Shown here: piece by piece, positions 33,590-46,202 of the stretch
Position numbering within the stretch: the first letter of the stretch is position 1
Layout: every line of letters starts with the position of its first letter
Source: Takakia lepidozioides
Lineage: Eukaryota; Plantae; Bryophyta
Assembly: GCA_030704615.1 (NCBI GenBank)
Contig: CM060732.1
Location: forward strand, 79,484,001-79,548,000
Direction of reading: 5' to 3'
DNA length: 64,000 nucleotides
Made by a program: the position numbers and the translations under genes
The notes under the pieces: model-generated
What the model was told of the DNA's origin: nothing
Seen by the model: only the letters and a program-made list of their open reading frames with translations
Databases searched by the model: none

Positions 33590-35260
33590 GTCATTTCCAC
33601 AGTTTTCACTGCCCTGTCCCTCATGTGGACTTCAGTATGGTAATAAAAGGTTTAGTGAGGAATGTTTTTTAGGTGCCTTGCCTGGTTCTCCCTCTCGTCA
33701 AGCCTAATTGGTTTCCTGGAAGCAGCATTGCCAGACTAAATGTAATGGCGGTATTGGGATTCTTGACCCAGAAGCTCAGATTAAAGTTCTTTTGGCGAAG
33801 TGGATTCCCGCTCCTTTCAACATGTTGACAACCCACGGTGCAGATCATTCATCCTCATAACCTTATGGGGGCGACTCTGAGATCTTTGCATCTTAAGGCC
33901 CCCTCTCTCAGGTGGATGTGTTGGGAGATGCCACCTTCGTCTCTGGGTCGCATGCTTTGAGTTCCATTCTGGATTTCCTCAGGAGCAAGGTTAATGCAAA
34001 GAACGTCTTCTAACTTTGTGGAGGCTGTGTGTCAGCCTCTTTTTGGACTCTGAGCCTCTGGCTAGTCTTGCCAAGGGTTGGCGGCCTGGGAGGCTACTGG
34101 CCTCTCTCACATTATACACATTGATGCCTTCTTTTAAGCTGATCTGGTTGCCTCGTTCGTGAGTAAGGCAACGGGGCTGCCTTGGAAAGGTTGTATTGAT
34201 AACTCCCCGTGTGATGTGCACATTCCCCTCTCTTCATGTGGGGTGGAGGTTTTGTAATTAGGATTTAGGAAATTGAAATTGAGTAAACTGCTTGTTTGCC
34301 GCAAGTTTCAGGTTCCCTAATCGGCCTTGTATGCCATTTGGGTGATTGATAATATCTTGGGGGTTCTCAATGCATCCCCACCTCCAATTTTACAATTACA
34401 TTGGGCATTGCACTCCAATCTTTCCTGCTTCCTTTCTCTTCCTCCCCCATTCGACTCTGGGGAATGGTCTTGGATGACTTGTTGCCAGATTCCTTAATGG
34501 AGGCTGTCAACAACTAAGTCTTTCTTATCTGCACTGGGGCAGGGGCGGTGTTGGCTGCACTAAAAGTTCCGACTGACTCGATATACCGTCGCATCCATGC
34601 AGAAGTTGAGTTTGCATTGAATGCCTTACACATCAAAAGAATTCATGGGATCATAAAGTGACGAGGGATGGAAGAGAACGTTCAAGACAGTGATGCATGA
34701 GAGCGTGAGGCAGTGATGCCTGCTTACCTGCTCTTCACAATCCACCTTGTAAATCAAATCTTCAAGAAAGAGAGCCCTGCAGGAGGAGCCCTTCGGAAAA
34801 CTACATGTTTGAGATATAGTTCGTTGACGAGAACCTCGTCGCCATCTTTAATATACCATGTATACGAGAATGGCCTTTGAGACTGGTAAGAAAAAGGGTT
34901 GCGATGGTAGATAAAGGGAATCGTGAACGTTATTCACACGACCTGTAGTACTTCGAATGTGTGATGATGCTCCAAACTTTCAGGACCAATTTACTGTGCG
35001 AAAACTTGTCCTGGCTCTCGCAGTTAAGATTTGAAATGTAAGCCCTCTCTGTCCCTGCCCAAAAAATTAGTCTTTGTTTTGAGTTCAACTGCAGTAGAGC
35101 TCAAAGTAAGAACAAGCTCGTAAATTTCGTCGATTGGCTGAGTTGAACTGTTCCTCGAGAGTCTCTTTTCAGACCGAGAACTCATAATGTACCTCTTTTG
35201 TGCACGGTATGGGTAAGTTGAATGTACATTGGAGAACGCATTTGGCCGGCCCGCTGGTCA

Positions 35261-36087
35261 TCACTTGCAAGTGGAAACCAGGACCAGGTCAGGTAACCAA
35301 CTGATGTTCTCAAACTGAGTCTTGTACTGCACTGTATCCATTTCCTCCTTGTGCGATTGTAGAACATACTTTTTGTACTCTGGCGCACCTGGAATGCGCA
35401 TGTTGTCGGCAACACAACGGTGCCGTTGTGATGAGGCCTTCTGTCTTTAGTAGCAAAAAATCAGACAAGTAGAACTCCTTTTTATGATCAATGAGGACAA
35501 AATCAAAGGAGGCCTCACCCACTGTCGCCAAAAGCCACTTCACCTCGTCTATCCTTGTTCTGAGAACCCCTTCGACCAATCTGACTCTCGATGACAGCCC
35601 TGCCACATCATATCCGTTGCCCACATTATCAAATTTCAGCTCAGTTCAGTTTTGTCACTTCTGGTTTGTCCTCCGATCTTCATCACTAGATCACTTTCTG
35701 AAACCTGATCCCCAAAACTCACCGCTCGATAATATCTAAATGTGGACATGGTAAGTTTCGATATTGGGCCAAGAGATTTTGCTGAACCTTGACTATCAAT
35801 CTGCAGATGCGCTATAGATCGTGCTTTAAGGAAAACCAGCATTAAGATAAAAAGATGAGGTGGTTTGTTTCGAAGAGGGTTATGCACAAATCTCACCGGC
35901 ATGCTCAACGACTCTGCGAGTTAGATGGTCTGCAACACAGAATCGGGTTGTTCTTCTCAGCTTCTGCTTCAACTTTTGTGAGCACACAGAACTCTCTCCC
36001 ATCATGTCTGCCTGTATAGATAGTTAGGACCAACCGGATCAAAGCGAGCCGAATGAAGCGTATTGCCTTCTCTGCGACGAGCCACAT
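35261..36087 (-). pseudogene. Catechol O-methyltransferase-like (Methyltransf_3) pseudogene
   Basis: MWLVAEKAIRF...; FDFVLIDHKKEFYLSDFLLL; after a frameshift ADNMRIPGAPEYKKYV...VSTCK*. Internal deletions and frameshifts. Confidence 0.75.
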
Positions 36088-37227
36088 TGCGGATGCAGCC
36101 TCAATTTGTGTCGCCTCTCAAACGCTCCACCTTTGATCTGCTCTGCACTCTGGGGATCACGGAAGGCCAGTGCACTTCTCAGCCACACATCCCTCACTCT
36201 ATTTTTTTAATTTTTAATTTTAATTGTTTTTGAAAAGGAAATACCTGGGAGCGACAGCGGCCCTGCCCGGGCCCCGCCCGATTCCTTGGGTGGCACTCCG
36301 AGGAGCTCCTCTGGGGCATTGGGATGTGTGTGGGCCCGCCGTTCTCAGGGTGAAACCCTTTCCAGTGGTTGCCATGTAAGCAACTGGGGCAAGATGTTTC
36401 CGCAAAAGTATGTCAAAAAAGTTGAGTTAGCCCCAAACTGGGGGTCTTACTCCATGTATATATTTCCTTTTTGAAGATTGGCCAATGCCATTCTGTAAGA
36501 GTTTTTTTCCTCCATAATGAGCCTAATTTGACTCAAATCAGAGTTAACCCTAATAAGAACTGGATGGTTAAAGAACCTAAAATGGGTCGGTTTGACACTT
36601 ATTAAGGGTTAAGTTCTTACCTCATTCCAATTATCATCCCCTACAATGGCCTTCCAAGCTGGGCAGTTTTACAGCACCTGTGCATCTAACCCGTTGGAGC
36701 TTTCTGAGGATTCTCCATACGCTGTTCCACTCGCAGATTCGCCTACTTTTCGAGCGTTACTCCGTGTATACGAAGACACAAGCTTCCTTTGGCTTATAGC
36801 ATCAGTTAAGGTGGGGAAATTGCACATTTGCTACTTAGCGAGGTTTGACCCAAGCACAAGTATTGCTCTCATTTTTTTAGGCACTTTTTCTCCGGTTCGT
36901 AAACATCGCTGTGTGAAGGTTCATGGGGGAGATGTGGATCCTGCATCGAAGGATCTTCAAACTATTCCACCTGTAGCTTTCAAGAGTTCCTTTTACCTGA
37001 ATTTCTCCCAACCATTGAAGGCTAGGGTAGTCTATGTACCAAGTGATGCATCTTTCCATTCCCTTAAGGTGCCCGCAGGGGCCTCCTCTGCCTGTCGGTG
37101 TTTCCGAACACAGCATTATACCTACCCCTATTCGGTTTTCTGTTGGATACACAGGCTGAGGATATCTTCTAGACTCTTCACAAATCCTACCACGAGGCTA
37201 CTCCTAGGAGGGATTTTAATTTGGGGC

Positions 37228-37387
37228 CGAGTGGAGGAGCGATTGTTGGTGCAGAAGGGAGTGGTGGAGAGATTGCCGGTGCAGAGGGGAGTGGAGGGGC
37301 GATTGCTGGTGCAGAGGTGAGTGGTGGAGGGATTGCTAGTGCAGAGGCGAGTGGAGGAGAGATTGCTGGTGCGGGGAGTGGAGGAGG
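37228..37387 (+). repeat. 30-bp tandem repeat (~5 copies) GAGTGGAGGAGCGATTGCTGGTGCAGAGGG
   Basis: Directly visible; a related shorter tract lies at ~31510-31570. Confidence 0.85.
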
Positions 37388-38089
37388 TCTTACCGGTATT
37401 TGGACTGAGCCTTCTGAAGATACCCCGTGGGGACGTATTGGTGTGTTGAGAGGTGGTATTGACATACCAGTTATAGCTGACGAGGATTCCGACCAGGATT
37501 CTGATGATGAAGGTGAGGGTTCCGAGGAGGCAAACGAGGTGAGTGACGTGCTTCATAAAACTGTATGCCTTACAGATCCCCAATCAAACCTTACATGTGA
37601 TTCAGGGCGGTGGGTAGACTATGGTCAGTTGCTGGCCTCTCTGGAGGAGGCCGGGATTGGCCGCCAAATTCCGTAAACTGGGTTACACACTGTCTCGTAT
37701 GAGGAGGAAAAGGTGCATTGATGTGGCGTGTTCAGCTGAAGGGAATAGTTGGCGGATATCACAGAGTGCCAAGGTCGACTGGGAGCGATTTGTGTCAAGA
37801 GAATGATGTTACAAGCAAGACTTCTAGAGGGTTAGTGGGAAGAATGGGAGTTACTTTTATGCTTAGACTAAGTACCTCTACAGAGTTTTGTAGGATAAGT
37901 AAGGAGGAGAGCCGGTATTCAGGTAGGTCTTTTACAAGGAAAAGGATCCAGAGGTGTGGTTATGTCAGGTAGCAGTTGAGGAGCCTGATTGAGTCTGGGT
38001 GATTTTGGAGTAATGGCAGTAGTCTGAGACTTGTAGTGGATTTTTCACACACACATCTGTTATAAAAACACGGATTACCTGAACTGAAC

Positions 38090-38660
38090 TGTGCATACAC
38101 TACACAGGGAGGAAGACCACTGATAATCACTTGCAACATGAAGATTCACAAGCGGCCGCTTCGGCTTGCAGGCAAGAGCTATAACCAGCAAGCCACATAT
38201 GAAAATAGTGGTCACCTTAGCCCCATAGATGGCATTGAGGAACCCATACCCCTTTGTAGCCTCAATACCCTTGGGATTGACCAACTTCTCACCCATAGTT
38301 CGCAACATCGAACTGCAACTTTCAAGCTCGTACTTAGGATGCCCTTGCCGATACTCTGTATCCTTCTTAATAACCAACCTGCCTCAAGTCTTTGAACTCT
38401 GTTTGAGACTGTTGGTGCTCTATGTTCCATGGTTGAGGTTCGTGACAAGGATTTTGAAACGTGTTTTTATGATATTCGTCCAAAGAGAAGCCTATTCCTA
38501 AAGACCAGGGTTCAGTGTAGACAGAAAAAAGGCGAAGGAGGTGTTCACGCAGATGAATTACTTCTGCTGATGCCATCTGCGAATCAGGCACCGCAATGGT
38601 CGCCGGGTATGTCCAAACTATGATTTAGGAACTCACAGCTGAGGGAGGGCGGAACTAGAA
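38090..38660 (-). pseudogene. BYPASS1/ROH1 (DUF793)-like fragment
   Basis: LESCSSMLRTMGEKLVNPK...GFLNAIYGAKVTTIFICGLLVIAL...WSSSL; frameshifted and truncated. Confidence 0.65.
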
Positions 38661-41035
38661 AGCAAAGTATTGCGCAATCTATCTGGTGGTTTCTTCGGCG
38701 CCCTGGCACACAGCATTGGGGGCAGGTACCGACCTAGTCAATATTGAGCAATTTTTCGAACTCTCAAAATTGTGCCAGATCTCGGGAGTCAGGGTAAAAC
38801 CTCAACTGATCTGTTGAGGGTTGATGCTCTGAAGTTCTTTAGAATTTTTCCCAGCCAGATCCAAAAGCAATTGTTGAACTGATGCCAGAGCTGAGGGGGT
38901 TCCTTGTTGCAGGCTCAAATGTAGTGTCTTGTTATACCGTCCTGTGTAGCAAGGATTGCTGGCATTCAAACAGCCACGTTTTTCCTGGAAGTGCTATGTA
39001 TTAATTTCTTCAATGCCCTTAAGGTCCCTCACTTACAGGATGACCCTTATGCCGGGCCAGTCGTGATAGTACTGTCCTTCACCTATGTTTTGGGCCCTTT
39101 GCTTCTCGATGCTTGTTGGAACTTTCTTGAAGAGGCCTGCCAGAATTCCTCCAAACCCAGTTTCATTCACTAGTTTTTTGAGGCAGCTGCTGCTCTTGTG
39201 AGAAGGGCATGTGTGAGGGACCCGGAGCAAGTATCACCATGAGAATGTGCTGTTCCCTGTCTGTCAGGAGCTGGCATATTTGTTCCAGATAATGGGACAG
39301 CTGCTTGAGAGCCGCAAGCGACCTCTTCCCCAATTCTGCATTGTATGCTTCCTCCACTGTGCACACAGATGCTGTGGCAGAGACAAGCCAATGTTCCTGG
39401 TCTGGTGAGGCTTCTGCAGGCACACCTAGAGAAGGCATCCCAAGAGATTGACCAGGGCAACCAGCTGATGAGTGTTGGGAGTGTTTGAGAAGCTGGTTTC
39501 TTCCAGGAACACTGATTGTCACTGTTTTATCATTCTCACCACGGCTGTTGAGGATCTGAGGTTTGAGACTCTCCCCTTCAATGGGAGAGTCCCAATTTGC
39601 AATTGCCAATGAAGGCAATGTGGTATATTTAACCAGCAAAAGAGTGCGAACATGTGACTGTGGGGGTATGAATTTGCAGCAACGATCCTGTGGTGAGGCT
39701 CATGGACCTACGACCTTCTCAACAACTTCAGAACCTCGTTTTCTGTTTGGGTTGAAGTAGCAACACTTGAGTTACTCTATTTTGTTTTGCAGTTTTTGCC
39801 AGGTACATTTGTGATGCCAGAAGAGAGCATGAAAGCGACCCTGTTGGACTCTTAAGGCAAATCGTGGCGGCCTTGTATGCCATTTGGGTGATTGATAATA
39901 TCTTGGGGGTTCTCAATCCATCTTCACCTCCAATTTTACAATTACATTGGGCATTGCACTCCAATCTTTCCTGCTTCCTTTCTCTTCCTCTCCCATTCGA
40001 CTCTGGGGAATGGTCTTGGATGACTAGTTGCCAGATTCCTTAATTGAGGCCGTCAACAACTTCTAAGTCTTTTTTATCTGCACTGGGGCAAGGGCGGTGT
40101 CAGCTGCACCCAAATTTCTGACTGCAGTTCCCAATTTGCTAGCTGAAGGGGAAGAGGGAGAGGTTAACTGGCAGCATTGCAAGACTTAAGTTTAAGGCCC
40201 AATTGACTTTTGAGTTTGTGCGTAAAGATTGTTAGATTTGTGGCAGGAAGCCCCTCCCACCCTTGTAGCTTGCCTTCTCAGTTCTCTGGGTTTCGTCCGC
40301 TCTTCTAGTTTGGGCTTTCCTTCATTGCTGCCTTGGCCATTATTGGTAGTTATTTCTCACCACCTGAGCCCTTCCTTTGGACATGGCTTTTCCAGTCCCT
40401 TTTTTTGGACTTGGGTCTTTGGTTCCAGGGAGGGTTGAGGACTTTTTTGGGCCTCTGTGCCCTTCAAAAATCAAAATCAAAATCAAAATCTTGGTGGTGA
40501 TGTGCTTGAACTCTTTTGGCAGCTTGTTGAAGCGTCTTGCTGTGAAATACAGATTCTCAAAAAGGCTATGTGAGGATCCTGCACATCTTGTCCTCTTTTT
40601 ATAACTTCCTATATGCTTTAGGGGTTACACAGACAAGGAGAGACTTGCACCACTTTTGTATGCACTGTAGCTGCATGAAAGCTACAAACCAACATTCCAG
40701 CATATGCTAAATGTAACCAAGAAAGGGTGCTAAAGATCGAATGCTTTATTATATGCCAATCACAAGTGTCCCTTGAGACCTTCATGACACAAAGATGGGC
40801 TCTCCAATTCAGAAAGCCAAGAATGTGCTGCACATTTCCTTCCAGACATTGCAATCCTACCTCCCCACACGAAGATGCAAGAGCTGGTGGAACTCTATGT
40901 GCATTAGAATGGAAGTATCAAAACTGGATGGCACTGTACACTGGCACTCTCTGTTGTACAAATTACAGTGTTTTTTCTCAAACTATGGGAGAGTTAATCC
41001 TAGTTTGTAACGTCAGAAGCTGGAGGTCACTGGGT

Positions 41036-42815
41036 CTAGAAAAAATCAATCATCTCAGACACATCTGATTTTGTACTACCATGCTTGGAGACTTGTGAAC
41101 TCTCCTCCTCAGGTGTGGTCCCTCTCAAGGAATCAGTCTTCTTCGGCGGCGGACTTCGGTCTGTGTTATGCCGAATACCTCTTTCTACATCCTCTTCCCA
41201 ATCTGGTACCCTTCCGTCTTCAAGTGGCGACACTTCCAAAGCTTCCCTTTCATGGACACTATCATACGAATGCTCCTCCGCCCTTGCAGCCGTTGAGTCC
41301 CTACGCTGGCTGGCATCTGCTGTAGCCAAATCCTGCTCTCCCTCCCCACCCACAGGTTTGTCACCAAAGGCTTCCCTCTGCAGAGCCTCTCTCTCAGTTT
41401 CTCCACGCGACCGCTCAACCCTGGCAGAGTCTTTCCGCTTCTCCTCAAGCTCTGCCTCAATCTCTTCTAACAGAAATGGGGAGGGCATACACGGAGTCCT
41501 CGTGACATACTGTAGAGCCCTCCATTGCACCCCCTCAAAAAATGGGTGGTTCTTGATTTCTGCCACTCCGCCGGATCCTAGCCTCTCATTGGGGTCCTTT
41601 CTCAGGAGCTTCGTCAGTAAATCCTTGAGCGGAGAAGCTGGCCCAGGAATTTCAGGTTGCTTAGTCAAGATGTTGAAAAAGGTCTCTTTGCGACCCTTAT
41701 CGCTCTTGAAGGGTGTTCTCCCATACACCATCTCATACACAAATATTCCGAATGTCCACCAATCGACTGGCGTGCCGTGGCCATTGCCCCACACAACCTC
41801 AGGAGCCACATACTCTACTGTTCCCACGAATGAATTGGACCGCAGCTCTGAACCACCTTTCCTAACCTTTCGCCCACCATCAGACTCCACTGGAGCGACC
41901 CGAGACAGACAGCTCATCTTGGGTCCACGCTTCCCGTTGCGTCCTGGAGGGATGGCACCACAGAAGAGTGACTTGAATTGATTGGGTTGTTGCTTCTCCT
42001 CCGGCTCAGGCTCTTCCACTTTCACCGATTTCCTTTCTGAGAATTTCAACGAAAGATCAAAATCGGTGAGCATGATGTGACCGTCTGCCTGGACCAAAAT
42101 GTTCTCAGGCTTCAAGTCCCGGTATATCACTCCGCGTTTGTGCAGATACTCCAGAGCTAAAAGAACCTCCGCAGCATAAAACCTGTAATGCAGCATATAA
42201 ACGCGTTAATCACTGGGTGACAGATGAGGAAATGGAGATACCGACGACTCAACAGCCCAATTGGCACGATTGTGCCTCAGTCAGATCTCCAGAGCCAGAA
42301 GTACAATCGTGTGACTCCATGGAGAGAGAACGAATACCCAACAGAGCACGACAAACCAAGCATCCTGTCCACGACCACGCACAATTACGGGGAGAAGAGA
42401 TGACAAACCTAGCAGCGGACTCGGAGAATACTTTCTCAGTCTGCTTCTGCCGTAAAACGTTGAGGTCACCTCCAGGGCAGTAATTCATGACGAGGAACAA
42501 ATACCGTTCATTTTCAAAGTGGGTAAACAGCGAAGGCAAGAAAGGATGATGCACAGCCGATAGAATGTCTCTCTCATTGGTTGCCCTTGACAAGGTCTTC
42601 CTGCTTGTCAGCACCTCTTTCTTCATAACCTTCATGGCATAGGGCATGTTCGTGCTTTCTAGAACCACCAGGAAAACAGTTCCCATATCTCCATGACCAA
42701 CAGCTTTAACCGGCCGAAAATCCTCAACAGTATACGTCTTCCTCCTCGTACCAAGTTTCATCAAATCACCCGAATACACCGGTATCCCATCCGCCTCTGC
42801 AACGTGCGGTGGCAT
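41036..42815 (-). CDS. AGCVIII serine/threonine kinase (AGC2/OXI1-UNICORN-like), two exons: 42815-42409 and 42182-41036
   Basis: GHGDMGTVF, YAMKVM, YRDLKPEN, plant AGCVIII DFDLS, insertion then RSNSFVGTVEYVAPE, DWWTFG. The GT-AG intron rejoins SAAR|FYAAEV in frame with no stops. Confidence 0.93.
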
Positions 42816-43425
42816 TGCAGTACCCCTCACTACCAGCAACACCTCTGCTTCAGCAAAATCGCCCTCACCAAAACAAGAACGAATTCCTCCTTCCTCACCT
42901 CAGATCGCCCTACTACACTCCCAAATCCTCCCTGCGCACCTACGCAAAGTGTCAACAAATTGTCTCCTAACTACCTCTGCTAACTCCTACTCCTCCCCCT
43001 GCCCCTCAAACCTCCACACCCATTTACCCCGATTGGTATTATGCTCCTCCGCCACACCGGTATATATACACACAATCCTCTGCCAAACTATCTGTATGTA
43101 CTATCACAGTGAGCCTCCCAAGAGAGGCTCCTGCTCTCAAGATTTCTCGGAGACAAACTCTACTGCAGCCCCGGCTGCGCTCCTCACCACAAGCGCATCC
43201 AATAAGCATCCACAAGATCCGCCTCTCGGGAGCTGTGAACCCGTCAGTGATATACAAGTGCGCTGCTCCACAGCAAGCGCCCCTCAGAAATGTCGGACCG
43301 TCGGCCCCACCATCGCCGCCATCGCACTAGGAGTATTGGCCTATGTGCCGTCGCGAGGGGAGCGTCCCGAGGAGAGAGGACCGTCCCGAGGAGAGAGACG
43401 CCGACCGGTTGCCCCCCCCCCCCCC

Positions 43426-43447
43426 TTCTGTCTCTCCTCTCTCTCTC

Positions 43448-43485
<38 letters not shown>
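43426..43485. repeat. (CT)n microsatellite upstream of the kinase
   Basis: Direct reading. Confidence 0.9.
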
Positions 43486-44699
43486 TCGTCAGCTTCTTCC
43501 CGGCTAACTAACTTGCTAATCACACTAACTAAGCTACTACGTAGCTTAATTACTTACTAATCATCCTGACTAAGCTACTAGGTAGGTGAATTAGTTACTA
43601 ATATGAGACTAATTGGCCTATTACTTACGACTTACTGATGGAATGACAAGCTGCTACGTACGAACCCCAGGGGAACTTATTCTACTGCATGTGTGGTCGA
43701 AGCTTCTATTATTCTCTTACTTTTGTCACCTTTAACTTTAGCTTTAACGTTGTGACTGTTCATATTTACTTCAACCGCTTACTTTTCGCCCAAGCGACCG
43801 CCGACCACTATATCTGGTCAAATTTTTGACCGCGGTAAACTGTGTATACCGTAGTGAAGCGAGATTATACAAAATATAATTGGAAATTTGATTTATTCTA
43901 TAAAAAAAAGTTACTAATAAGTTTGCGACTATCGTATACAGTGCTAGTTTCATGCGTTCACTCATTTTGGGTCAAAATATTTGTGTGCCAACCCTGGTTA
44001 GTTCGTCCCCAAGGCGGTTCCCCATTATTTAATCACGAGCCGTAGAGATCTGATCCCTCAAACCTATAGGATTTCATTTTTCACAAAAACCTGAGATTGC
44101 TTCTGAATGACTGCGGCTTGGAATTTCTATTGCGAATCGCTGCAAATTTTCTGATAATAAGTGTAGTTGTGATTGCTCATGGTCCTCTAATTCCATGGAT
44201 TCAAATTTGTAAGTAAAATTTTGGGCTGCCCATCCTTGACTCACCTCCGGCCACCGTGGTCTCAACTCAATGGAATGGCACTACAAAGGAGCCAAACTCT
44301 GGAAATTCGAACAGTTTGTGGGAAGGTGGTCATCTAGTTAGAAAAGAACTGAAAACAGCAGAACTTCTGCCCCTAAGGTCTTTTATAATCTCCCAATTTC
44401 TATGGTGGTCTTCTCTGAAATGTTTTGTGGTGGACCGTAACGGACCAAGCTTCGATAGGGTCTGTGGTTTCTGTGTCTGGAGGTTCAGTTTCTTTGCAGT
44501 TTTGTGAAAAAAGTGGTTGGGATGTTAGGGGTTAAGTTCTGCCAATTAAAACAAGTGCCAATCAGACCGGACGACGTAGAACGGTTGCAGATGCATAGTA
44601 GGCTGCAAAAATAAACGGCTGCTGAAATATTTAGTTTCACTGCTTTAGATGTTTTCTCCTTTTTGGTCCCCCTTTTCAATAGGGTGCCGGTGGCATGCC

Positions 44700-44870
44700 A
44701 AAGCACCCAGTGGTAATGGGCACATACCACGTTGGATTTGGTTGTGGGTTCAAACCACGATCTGGTGTGTCATGAAGGTGTCCACCTTTCAGCTGGAAGG
44801 CAGTAGCCCTTGTGGTGAAGTGACACCATAAGTTACGCTCCCTTCAAGAGGCGTCATACTTTTTTTTTTT
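44700..44870 (+). mobile_element. tRNA-derived SINE-like repeat, copy 1
   Basis: A-box-like CCAGTGGTAATGG, B-box-like GGTTCAAACC; ~150 bp shared with 46019-46175; ends before a T-run. Confidence 0.6.
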
Positions 44871-46018
44871 ATAGCATTTTTTGTTTTGTCTGCACAAAAT
44901 GATACAAATGATAAGTTGTCATACTTTTTTTTTTATAGCATTTTTTGTTTTGTCTGCACAAAATGATACAAATGATAAGTTGTCGTATTGTGCGGAGCAT
45001 AACTCGACCAAAAGAGAGAGAGATATGACGCCAACCGGAGATAGCGTAAATAAGAGCCTCTTCCCCTTTCAGGCAGCGGCCCTTTTCATCATGAGACTCC
45101 GTCTTTGTAGGATGAGCCTCATCATCTGTCAATGTCTGAACTTTTTCCTCGGAACTTTTTTTTGTGAAAGGGTAGGAAGAAGCCCTGAAGAAGGCTTGAA
45201 GGAGAAGGCAAGCAAAAAGTAAGCTTGTGGGTAGCCAATAGGGAAACTTCCCATCACATGATGGAACGCCAAACGGTTTTTGCTTCTAGGGAGTGCCTTT
45301 GCATACAGTAAGAGGAACGTACCAAGGGAAGCTTCCGGCGGAGGATTATAACATAACCATGTTGATAGGCTTCGTAGCGGGTGAGGAGTACTTGGGGTGG
45401 GTGGTGTGTGGTACCAAATTTGGTGGGAAAATACATTCATGCACCCTTGGCATTAGTTGTTGAATAGAAGCCCAAGGAAATGGTACAAAGTCCATGGTAG
45501 AAGGTGAGTGTGTGCCTCTCTCTGTCGCGGTCGGTACAATATCTTTCTCCACTTCCGCCCTACCCCCTTGGAAAACACAAATTTAAAATCAAACAAAGGT
45601 CTCCTATGGATCTTTTGTCGCGGTCGCGGAAAGGACAGAAGTGGGTTTGTGGGTTCTTTCACAGCATCAAGGGGTGGAGAAAACAATGAAGATTGAAATG
45701 AAGGGATGTTTGGGTTTTTCCCCATGAAAAAAGGGAGGAAGCAGCTCGGAGAGGACCCATCACTATATTCATTAGTAGAAAGTCCTCCCTCATAAATGAC
45801 TGTGGTAAGAGTTAAAATGCTCCAAGCTGGAGAGCCTGCCTTTGACTTGCACTTTCACTGCATGCTTTCCACGTGCTCAAAGAATGGTGGCAGTGTTTGT
45901 GGGAAATTCTAGACAAGGTGGGCATGTCGTTGGCGTTGAGTAGATATGAGAGGGAGAGCTGTTTTTGCAGTTTGTGGGGGAAGACTTATGTATAATAAGT
46001 AAGCTTGGACAACCAGCA

Positions 46019-46202
46019 TGTAGCCCAATAGTAATGGCCACATACCACGTTGGATGGTTGTGTGTGTTTCAAAGTCCACGGGCCCGTGTGTCATGAAGGT
46101 GTCCACCTTTCAGCTAGAAGGTAGTAGCCCTTTGGTGAAGTGACACCATAAGTTACGCTCCCTTCAGGAGGCGTCATATATATATATATATATATATATA
46201 TA
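46019..46202 (+). mobile_element. tRNA-derived SINE-like repeat, copy 2, ending in (TA)n
   Basis: Shares CATGAAGGTGTCCACCTTTCAGCT...GTGACACCATAAGTTACGCTCCCTTCA with copy 1. Confidence 0.6.

Noticed and set aside
33660-34900. Possible LINE or gene fragments
   Set aside because: No recognisable motif could be read with confidence.
12100-36087. Functional cluster of three methyltransferases (amino-DNA, C5-DNA, COMT)
   Set aside because: They belong to independent units (MULE, gypsy, host pseudogene); proximity is explained by nesting.
41085-41981. 298-aa plus-strand ORF
   Set aside because: Antisense shadow of the kinase exon, with no domain features.
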